This document shows, in pieces, positions 22,001 through 33,571 of a stretch of DNA of 33,571 nucleotides. The DNA is taken from assembly GCA_048213135.1 (NCBI GenBank), contig PS015291.1:1-33571 (forward strand). Reading direction: 5' to 3'. A program made the translations under genes and the position numbers. How positions within the stretch are numbered: the stretch's first letter is position 1; every line of letters starts with the position of its first letter. The DNA comes from Reclinomonas americana ATCC 50394 (taxonomy: Eukaryota). Under the pieces are notes generated by a model, which ran no database searches, had not been told where the DNA came from, and was given only the letters and a program-made list of their open reading frames with translations.

Positions 22001-23610
22001 GTTTGGATGAACGGCGGTCGATGGAGGAGATGGAGGAGAGCTTGCGGCTGCGCATGCGCGCGCATCCCGGTGATTCTGCACCGGAGGTGATTCAGGCGCA
22101 GCACGACCTCGCCACTGCGTGCCGCCGCTGTCCTGCACACGTGGAGAAAGCAGTGGCCCTGTTCCGCGCCGTGCACGCTGCGCGCAGGGCGCAATTGGGT
22201 GAGGTGCGAAAGTTTTCGAGGGTACCAGGGAGTTTAGATTTGTTGGGTAACTCACTGACTATTGTATCAGGATCACTGCGACACACTCGGCGTGGCTGGT
22301 GACCTGGCCGAGGCCCTTCATTTGTCCGGCAACTTCCAGGAGGCCTCCAAGATACTGGTGTCGGTGGTGCAAAAGTGGCAGGCGCTGCACGGGGCAGCTG
22401 ATCCGCTTACGCTCACGGCACTCAGCCATTTGGCTTCCGTGTTGCGCTCTCAGGGCTTTTTGTCCGAGGCCGCAAAGCTGTACGAGAGGGTGCGTACTCT
22501 GTTTGAGGAGGGTCTGTCTCCTCATTCGGTAGCGTACTGAAAGGAGTGGCAATAGGTTCGTGTGGGACTGGAGACCGCACTCGGTCCGAATCACAGCGAT
22601 GTGCTGGCCGCAATCAACAACCTGGCCACGGCAAGTTTGCACCCTGCACGAATGGTGCCGACTTTTGAACGTGCTCTCACTGTTCTGTGCGTGTGCAGAC
22701 GTGGCGTGAATTGGGGCGAGTCGCCGAGGCCGTCACACTCCTCACGGACTTGGCCGACACGAAGCGTCGTTTGCTCGGCGCCGAACACCCGGACACGCTC
22801 ACTACTTGTTTCGTGTTTGACGCCACGTCCATGATTCCTTCATCGTTCTGTCGCTCACCCAGTCCACGTAGTGAACAACCTGGCACTGGCCATGGAGGCA
22901 CAGGAGCCACCGGACTTGGCCGGGGCGGCGCGACTGCACGCCATGGTCCTCGAAACCCGCACACGCACACTCAGCAGCGCCCATCCAGACACGTTGCGTG
23001 ACGATTGTTGGCGTCGCTGGTGAATGTGTGCCGCTCACGTGTATATATGATCGTCGGCAGTATCGTGTCGGCCAATAATCTGGCGGTTCTCTTGCGACGG
23101 CAGCATCACCACAGTGAGGCAATTTCGTTGCTTCGGGAGAGTGCCGAACGCGCGCAACACATTCTGGGTCCCGACCACCACTTGGCGCTTACGGTGCGCG
23201 CCAATCTGGCCTCTGTACTCGACGAGGCTGGATTTGTGGAAGAAGCCGTGGGGATGAACGAGGATGTGTTGGAGCGTCGGCGACGTGTTCTCGGTCCCCT
23301 GCATCCCAATGTTGCGTGCTGCAGGCTGGTGATGTTGTCAATGGTACGTGCCAGCAGCACTGACTGTGGTCAGCGGGTACAGACACTGGTATCCATGGTG
23401 AACTTGGCGTTGCTGTACCACGAGCGGCAGCAACGCACGGCAGACGCCATTCCGCTCTTGTCGACCGTGCTCGAGGAGCGCAAGCGCACGCTCGGCGACG
23501 ATCATCCGCTGACACGGGCCGTGCGCGTGGATCTCGACAACGTGCGCAGCTCTTTACCTGCCGCACCAGCAGCAGTAACAGCACCGCCACCACCACCACC
23601 ACCACCATAG
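19058..23610 (+). CDS. Ser/Thr kinase (MAP3K/STE11-Cdc15-like) fused to a STAND NB-ARC-type NTPase and C-terminal TPR repeats (NLR-like architecture); kinase N-lobe in gap 18371-19016
   Basis: Kinase: GLDYLHKQHVVHRDLKGKN, KLADFG, GTPGWTAPE, VDIWSLG, RPTAEDLMSHPF. NTPase: Walker A GLAGFGKS, Walker B VVFLDNV, sensor-like LATSR, YPFAL. TPRs: LGxxHPDTLxxxNNLA-type repeats. All exons splice in frame to TAG at 23608-23610. Confidence 0.85.
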
Positions 23611-23722
23611 AAAGGGGACGAGCAAAGTAGGAGGCAAGGGGGGAAAAACAATAAGGCATTATAATCACGATTGTTTCCTCGCGCATGTTCCATTCGCATT
23701 GTGCCTTCTCCTCCACGAAATC

Positions 23723-25974
23723 TCAGCGGCGATAGCGGTGCTTCTTGAAGTTGAAGTACAGCTGCAGCACACCGCGATCGAACGTGCACCGGTAGCCGCG
23801 GCGTGAGCTGTGCTCCCACTCCTTGTTGGCGATCTTGAACGCAATATCCTCGTACGGCGGGCCGGCTGAGAAGCGGATGGTGCACTCGTCGGGGTGATCG
23901 CCCGGCAGCAGCTGGAACACCGGCGTCTTGGTCTTGTCGATCAGATCCGGGTAGAAAATGTTGAACTGCGCAGCACAACGCGTGTCAGCATACATTACAC
24001 GCTCCTTCCACACACACAGTGGGTGAATCGACGTACCTTGTAGCCCGACACGGTCTTTGGCGGTGGGTTGTCGTGATCGTAATGCGTCTGGTTGTACTTG
24101 TTCCAGTCGAAGGCCGTGTGAATGCGGTTGAAGTAGCGCGGCTTGCGTGGTCGGAACTTGTCGAACATTGAGTACCGCTGTTGATCGAGAGGGACTTCCT
24201 CCGAGAAAATCGCCTCGTCGTCCTCCATTGGACGCTGCGCCTCCACTGCATACAGCTCGTCGTCGGTCTGTGTGGAGAAGAGGTGGTGAGACATGGGGGT
24301 AATCACCNNNNNNNNNNNNNNNNNNNNNNNNNNNNNNNNNNNNNNNNNNNNNNNNNNNNNNNNNNNNNNNNNNNNNNNNNNNNNNNNNNNNNNNNNNNNN
24401 NNNNNNNNNNNNNNNNNNNNNNNNNNNNNNNNNNNNNNNNNNNNNNNNNNNNNNNNNNNNNNNNNNNNNNNNNNNNNNNNNNNNNNNNNNNNNNNNNNNN
24501 NNNNNNNNNNNNNNNNNNNNNNNNNNNNNNNNNNNNNNNNNNNNNNNNNNNNNNNNNNNNNNNNNNNNNNNNNNNNNNNNNNNNNNNNNNNNNNNNNNNN
24601 NNNNNNNNNNNNNNNNNNNNNNNNNNNNNNNNNNNNNNNNNNNNNNNNNNNNNNNNNNNNNNNNNNNNNNNNNNNNNNNNNNNNNNNNNNNNNNNNNNNN
24701 NNNGGGAGAGGGGAGAGGGGAGGGGAGAGGGAGAGGGAGAGGGAGAGGGGGAGAGGGAGGGGGAGGGGTAGGGGGAGGGGGGAGACGGTGAAATGGGTGA
24801 GAGAGAGGGAGGGAGAGGAGGAGATTGGTGAACACGAGGAGCAAGAAATGCATGCAAGAAACAAAATATGGGAGTGACGAGAATGAGACCACAGACAAGA
24901 GGACACAAAGAGAAAGGCGAAAGGAAAGGAAGCAGCAACGCGAGACATGCAGAGTGAATGCGCGTGTGATGAGGGGGAAGAAACAAAGAAAGGAAGCAAC
25001 GGCGAAATGAAGCGCATCGAGCAATAGTGAGCAAGTGGCAGGAGAGAGAGAGAGACGGGAGTGACACAATGTGTAGAGAAAATCAGTGCGCAATGTACGT
25101 GTGTCGGGCACGTGAAGAAGAGGAGAGAACAAACGTCAGGGAGTGACAAAAAAGAAAACAAAGGCGAGACAACGAGCCGTGAGAATGGAAGAAAAGGGGA
25201 AAGAAACAAAGTAAAGAAGTGACAAGAAAGCAACAGCGTATTGAGCAGAGGTGCGAGAGTGACATAAGAGAGAGAGAGAGAGAGCAACGACGTGGGAGAC
25301 ACAATGTATGCGTGCGCATGAGAGATAAGGAGAGATCAACCACACACTCACCTGCTCCTCCGAGACAGAATCCGGATCGAGTCCCTTGTCGCGCAACACC
25401 TCCTCGCGCTTCTTCCACTTGAACTGCGTGCGCAGGGAGCTGTCGGCCCACGGGTTGGAGTCGTCGGTGAAGCCGCCAAAGAGCGCTAGCTCATCGACGC
25501 GCTCCTTCTCCTTGCGTCGCAGCTTGCCGTCCTTGCGCTTCTGTCGCTCTTCGGGGGTCTCGCGAATGCGCTGCAGTCTGTGAGTGGAGGGGGTGAGAAG
25601 CAGGAAAAGAGAGGAGAGGGTGGCAATGCGGAAGAGGTGAGCAGGGAAGGTGGGTGGGGATGGACACAGTAAGCACGTAGCGAATCAAGAGCAGGAGAGT
25701 CGAAGGGAGAAAAACGAGAGAAGCGAGACAGAAAGAGATAGAAACGCGGACAAGGGCACAACGAAGGAGATCGACAGGGAGAGGCGACTGAGTAAGAGAT
25801 ATCAGGAAGGGCAGAGACGCGACGAAGAGTGTGTGAGACGCAAAAGAAAGAAGAAGAAAGAGAACAGGAGAGAGGGCGTCAGAGTAGAGGAGAGAGGAAG
25901 GGAGAGAGGGAGAGAGAGCGACAGAGCAGACAAAGAGAGAGGGAGAGAGAAACACGAAGACAGAGAGAGGGAGG

Positions 25975-26024
<50 letters not shown>

Positions 26025-26180
26025 NNNNNNNNNNNNNNNNNNNNNNNNNNNNNNNNNNNNNNNNNNNNNNNNNNNNNNNNNNNNNNNNNNNNNNNNNNNN
26101 NNNNNNNNNNNNNNNNNNNNNNNNNNNNNNNNNNNNNNNNNNNNNNNNNNNNNNNNNNNNNNNNNNNNNNNTTTGCCCAT
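23723..26180 (-). CDS. CACTIN: Cactin (spliceosome-associated factor); middle exons missing in gap
   Basis: Cactin C-terminal domain: RPRKPRYFNRIHTAFDWNKYNQTHYDHDNPPPKTVSGYKFNIFYPDLID...FSAGPPYEDIAFKIANKEWE...FDRGVLQLYFNFKKHRYRR*. N-terminal exon ~25351-25577: RETPEERQKR...GFTDDSNPWADSSLRTQFKWKK. Candidate start MGK at 26180, next to a gap. Confidence 0.93.
25960..26024. repeat. (GA)n microsatellite abutting a gap
   Basis: Directly visible. Confidence 0.95.
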
Positions 26181-26190
26181 GTGTACAACT

Positions 26191-26560
26191 CGAAAGTGAC
26201 GCAATCGTGCAGGACAACTCGTCGTGTTGCGTCCAGACACGCAGTTGACAACTTTCGACACGTTAGTCAACAACACAGAGGTAGTACCCTTCTTGTGTGA
26301 TCGCTAGAACGCAAACAGAGAGCGGAATTCGAAGTGCTGGACAACTCTTTGCAACTGTGTTTTCGTGCAAGCAGCAACACGGCTGCATGTTCAGTGGCCG
26401 AGAACAACGCCTCTGTATAGTGCACTCAGCGGCACAGCGGTACCGTCTTGTGTGATCGCCAGAATGCAAAGAGAAAGCCGAATTCGATCGCGATATCGCG
26501 AAGTGCAGCTGCAGGACAACTCTTTGTGCTTGCGTGCAAGCAGCAGCTCGGCTGCATGCT
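26191..26560. repeat. Degenerate ~155-bp tandem repeat in the divergent intergenic region
   Basis: gtacc..tcttgtgtgatcgc.agaa.gcaaa.aga.agc.gaattcga...ggacaactcttt...cgtgcaagcagca..cggctgcatg occurs at ~26284-26389 and ~26440-26558. A partial copy (gcaggacaactc) is at ~26209. Confidence 0.8.
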
Positions 26561-27016
26561 GAGTGACCGCCTCTGCTGATTCAAACAGCAACACTACTAC
26601 ACCGTCTTCAATGAGCACCAAAAACTCGCGCAAAGTCGAAATCGAAGTGCGCGTACGCGTCCACGGCCAATGCCGGCATTTTCGCAGGCAAGTTCTAGAG
26701 AAACCACAACTTGTTTCAAGCATGCAAATGGATATGAAGCCTTATCGACAACGTTCTGAAAGAACGCAGTGACGTTGCGCATGCGGTCGACGTCGATGGC
26801 GAATTCGAAGCCGAAGTCACGCAGCGCTGCGCATGCACGCGCATCGATTTCGATACATTTTGCTGCCTCTCGCTACAGCACAGATGCCCATCGCTCGCAC
26901 CTGTCTACCTCGGTTGCCACAATTCGGCAATCACATCGTGTCTGGTTTCATGCAACCTGTCATGTCCATTTCCGCCAACTCTTGTTGTCCGTCCCTTTTT
27001 TGATCACTTGGGAGCC

Positions 27017-28678
27017 ATGATCTTCACGCTCTGCTTTCTGTACTCCTCCTCCTGGTTCTATGCGGCGGTGCTGGGTGGCTCAGTGGCGGCCGGTGCGCTG
27101 GTGGGGGCGCTGCCCAATGGAACGCAGCGGGTGGAGTGGTCGTGGAAACGCTTTGCGAAATCGACGGGGCGCTTCCTCCTCGGTGGTCTCTGCTTCCCCT
27201 GGAGTTTTACTGTGCAAGTATATTTTGCACCACTTGGGATTCTTGGCGAAATGGCCGGGGAGGCGGCCATGAAAGTGCACGGGGAGATGGAAACCCAACG
27301 TGCTCATGTTGAAGAGCACAAGAAGCAACTTGCAGCCGCCGCCTCAGTCACACACCAGGCGCGTGAGATGGCGCAGCTGGTGACTGAACTGCAAGCTGAG
27401 GACGAGGCTCACTTTGGCATCCACAGTGTTCCATCTCGGTGGCGCTGCTCTCTGACAGGAGTGGTGAGTGGCAGAGACTCCTGTCTGGTGCAAATTATGA
27501 GTCGCCTCACGTTCGTTGTGCAAACAGGTCATGCGCACTCCAGTCTCTGTAAATGGCCAGGCGGCACGGTGCGAGCGGCTGTGCTTGGAGCTGGTATTCG
27601 CAGAGTTCCTGGCGCTCGGAGTGGTGCTGCGCGATCCGGCTACCGGTGAGCCGATGCGTCTCGACCAGCTCGCGCAGACAGTCAAGCACGATGAAGCGTT
27701 GTGCGAGGAGATTCGGCGCGGACGCGAAAGGGCCCGTGAGGCCGACGGATGGGACGTGCTGTTGGACGCTGACGAATTCGTCGTTGCCGACGATGCTGGC
27801 GACGCCGGCGCACGTGTAGAGGGGCTCCTCCAAGCACACACGCGTCACTGGCTGCGCGAGATTGCCTCCGCGCACGTTGAAGTGCCACCTGCTGATGCTG
27901 ACGAAGACGGTGAGGGAGACGGCGCAGGCGAGTGGGTGTTGTTGCGCTCGGACGCCTTCACCAGACCGGCGGTGATCTCCCCTGCCAATGCACGAGAGAT
28001 GGCCAGCAAGCTGATGCTCGGCGCGGAGGCCTACATCATCCGCAACGCAGAGATCAGACCCAAAGAGCGGTGCCGAGACTGCGGTGACTCTGACTGGTGC
28101 CTCGGCTATCGACTGCCGTGCGGTCACGTGATGTGCCGTCAGTGGTAAGCCAGTCACTGCCGCCTGCGCAATCGCTGTCCCCTTTTGCTCACACCCTACC
28201 ACAGTATCGCAGACATGGTGCCAGCTGACGAAGCAGCAATGGTGGTCGACCTCGATCGTGACCTCGATCACGAAGCCGGCGACCTGACATGCGCTGCAGC
28301 GGGCTGTGATCAAGGTACGCACAAAATCTCACTGCATCACACTCGCGATCGCCTCTCCTCTCATTCCTACCTGCGTGTGTGCATGTAGGCATTCCGTGGA
28401 TCGTCATGTACCACGCAAGCGACCTCGGCTGCGCGCATCGCGAATACATGGACGCCGAGAAAGCTGTGCAAGTCACACACGAAATGATGGATCGATTGCA
28501 TCACGGAGAGGAAGGGGAAGAAGAAGAAGAACGGGAACAGGAGGAGGAGGAGGTGGAAGAAGAGGAAGAAGACGAGGAGCCCATGGTGCGACCATTATGC
28601 CTGGTAGATGTCGTCCTGCGCTGCTTCGTCGCAGAAGAAGCGCGACTGATTTTGCTGCGCGAGTCTGTCGCCGATTGA
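27017..28678 (+). CDS. Putative E3 ubiquitin ligase, paralogue A: hydrophobic/TM N-terminus + U-box-like + RING (C3HC4, RBR RING1-like) + acidic tail; 3 introns
   Basis: U-box-like: VPSRWRCSLTGVVMRTPVSVNGQAARCERLCLELVF...RDPATGEPMRL...DEALCEEI. RING: CRDC-x11-CGHVMCRQC...CAAAGC, with the Cys of CRQC formed across an intron (TG|T). Stop TGA at 28676-28678. Confidence 0.75.
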
Positions 28679-29310
28679 GTGTAAACACGCCTAATTACTG
28701 TGAGGGTTGTTGAGTCGCCTGTTCACGAGTGACTTCCGTGCAGGAGATGCAATCAGGAGACCAGGCCTAGGAGAAGACCTAGTCGGCATGAACTACAGTG
28801 CCGGAAACGGCAGCGTTACCGACACTGCCTCTCATCCCAGCACGTGGCGCGTCTCCATCGATAGCAGTCACCCGTGCAGAGCACCACCACATAATGCAGA
28901 CAGCCTCATCGCAGTCCCACGCCTCTTCTCACCATTGCATACGACGAAAAAATCGATCACCCGAGAAAATTCGAGCTCGCGAGTCTCTGAGAGCGTCGAG
29001 TATTTTGTTACAAAAGAGCGTGCAAGAGTTCGACACGTAGAGGGAGAGAGCACTTCCTTGCGCTCACTGGCAGAACGCGCAGCGTTCATGCTGCACGTCC
29101 TCGCCTCTGCTCTCTCTCTCTTTCTGTGAACCACTGTCACGATCGCACGTTTGCTGGTTCTCCAGTATTATCAACACCAGCTGCCCTGCAGGCTTGCCTC
29201 TGCCGCCACAAGTCGACAACCGCGTCATGCCTGGTTTCATGCAAAACCTGTCCATTTCTGCCCTTTCCTGTCGTTCCTTCTTTTTTTGGCTACTAGAGAG
29301 CAAATACAAT

Positions 29311-31017
29311 ATGATCTTCTCGCCCCTCTTGCTGTACACGTGCCCTTCGTTCTACGCGGCATTGCTCATTCCCTCAGCCATGGTTGGCACATTTGCGAGT
29401 CTGCACCCCAACGGCTTTGGACCCGGTGCCATGGAGCTCCGGAGCTGGTCATGGAGAAGATTTTCGCGGTGGGCGGGATCGTATTTCGTCACCACCGGTC
29501 TTGTCACGCCCTTGATCCCAATCGGGCTTACTGTTCTTGCAATCGGGCTTACTGTTCATGCTGCCGGGAGCACGACCATGCAAGCCGTGCAGCTGCTTGC
29601 GCAGCGCCGACACGAGCGCGCCGCACTGCGCACGTATACGTACACCCATCAACAGCAAGCGCATCTTGCAGCCGCTGTCACAGTCACGCCTAAGGCGCGC
29701 GAGATGGCACAGCAGGTGACAGAGATGCAAGCTGAGGACGAGGCTCACTTTGGTCGCCACAGTGTTCCATCTCGGTGGCGCTGCTCTCTGACAGGAGTGG
29801 TGAGTGGCAGAGACTCTTGTCTGGTGCAAATTATGAGTGGCCTCACGTACGTTGTGCACACACAGGTCATGCGCACTCCAGTGTCCGTGAACGGCCAGGA
29901 GGCACGGTGCGAGCGGCTGTGCTTGGAGCTCTTATTTGCAGAGTTCCTGGCGCTCGGAGTGGTGCTGCGTGATCCGGTTTCTTGTGAGCCGATGCGTCTC
30001 GACCAGCTCGCGCAGACGGTGGAGCACGATGAAGCGTTGTGCGAGGAGATTCGACGTGGACGCGAAAGGGCCCGCGAGGCCGATGGGTGGGACGTGCTGT
30101 TGGATGCTGACGAATTCGCCATGGCCGACGATGAAGACGATGCCGGCGCACGTGTCGTGGCGCTGCGCCAAGCACACACACGTCACTGGCTGCGCGAGAT
30201 TGCCTCCGCGCACGTTCAAGTGCCACCTGCTGATGCTGACGAAGACGGTGAGGGAGACGGCACAGGCGAGTGGGTGTTGTTGCGCTCGGACGCCTTCACC
30301 AGACCGGCGGTGACCTGCGCCACCCAGGCACGAGACCTGGCCAACAAACTGATGCTCGGCGCCGAGGCCTACATCATCCGCAACGCAGAGATCAGACCCA
30401 AAGACCGCTGCCGAGACTGCGGTGACTCTGACTGGTGTCTCGGCTATCGACTGCCGTGCGGTCACGTGATGTGCCGTCAGTGGTATGTCAAACGCTGCCG
30501 CCTGCGCAATCGCTGTCTCCTCGCACTAACTCACATACACTCTTTCCTACCACAGCATCGCAGACATGGTACCAGCTAACGAAGCAGCAATGGTGGTCGA
30601 CCTCGATCGTGACCTCGATCACGAGGCGGGCGACCTGACATGCGCTGCAGTGGGGTGCAATCGAGGTACGTCTGAAGCAGGCACTCTCCGCTTGCACTCG
30701 CCTCCCTGCTCACTCCTACCTCTGTGCCAGGCATCCCGTGGATCGTCATGTACCACGCAAGCGACCTCGGCTGCGCACATCGCGAATACATGGACGCGGA
30801 GAAAGCTGTGCAAGTCACACACGAAATGATGGATCGATTGCACGACGGAGGAGAAGAAGAGGGGGAAGAAGAAGAACGGGAACAGAAGGAGGAGGAGGAG
30901 GAACAAGAAGATGAGGAGTCCATGGTGCGACCACTATGCCTGGTGGATGTCGTCCTGCGCTGCTTCGTTGCCGAAGAAGCGCGACTGATTTTGCTGCGCA
31001 AGTCTGTTGCCGATTGA
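29311..31017 (+). CDS. Putative E3 ubiquitin ligase, paralogue B (same architecture and intron positions as A)
   Basis: Starts ATGATCTTC as A does. U-box-like and RING regions are near-identical to A, with the same three introns. Stop TGA at 31015-31017. Confidence 0.75.
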
Positions 31018-31318
31018 GAGTGAAGCTGTTTGCATGCTGTAAGGGTTGTTGAGTCGCATGTTTGCAGGAGAAGACCTTGTCGGCACTGAACTACAGTGCC
31101 GGAAACGGCAGCGTTACCGACACTTCCTCTCTTCCCCGCACGTGGCGCGTCTCCATCAGCGGCAGTCGCTCGCATAGACCACCACACAACGCAAACAGCA
31201 TCGCGCACACACCCTCCCTGCACTCTCTCTCACCTCCTCTCGCCGAATGACGCAAAAATCACCCGAAAATTCGAGCCCGTTTAAAATCACGATTGCGGCA
31301 AGGCGTTGAGAGCGCAAC

Positions 31319-33571
<2,253 letters not shown>

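Larger units (their letters stand above)
26900..31280 (+). repeat. Tandem segmental duplication, unit ~2.3 kb
   Basis: Homology extends beyond the CDS. Upstream ctggtttcatgcaa occurs at ~26942 and ~29231. Downstream aactacagtgccggaaacggcagcgttaccgacact occurs at ~28791 and ~31089, and cacccg(ag)aaaattcgagc at ~28958 and ~31260. Confidence 0.95.

Noticed and set aside
22270-23550. TPR region as a kinesin light chain partnering the neighbouring kinesin
   Set aside because: The HPDTL/NNLA repeats resemble KLC-type TPRs, but they are fused to a STAND NTPase and lack the KLC N-terminal heptad region.
19058-31017. Functional 'immunity cluster' of NLR-like kinase, cactin and E3 pair; also a link between cactin and the shifted splice sites
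   Set aside because: Adjacency in a compact eukaryotic genome is not evidence of shared function, and cactin is a conserved housekeeping splicing factor.

Overview
Gene-dense, GC-rich, intron-rich genomic DNA from an unidentified microbial eukaryote. Most introns are spliceosomal and 50-90 nt, CA/GA microsatellites are common, and there are eight N-gaps. Manual splicing gives nine genes in order: the 5' end of an unknown gene (-); a two-RRM RNA-binding protein (-); a six-bladed Kelch + coiled-coil protein (-); a very large protein with at least six tandem kinesin-14-like motor domains, mostly catalytically degenerate (-); an NLR-like fusion of a MAP3K-type kinase, a STAND/NB-ARC NTPase and TPR repeats (+); cactin (-); two tandem paralogues encoding hydrophobic N-terminus + U-box + RING (+); and a partial coiled-coil gene (+). 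Two things stand out. One is the poly-kinesin array, whose repeats share intron positions. The other is that about 22 of roughly 85 modelled introns use a one-base-shifted donor (mostly GTTGCGT), always after a non-G exon end. All gene models are manual reconstructions without transcript or database support.
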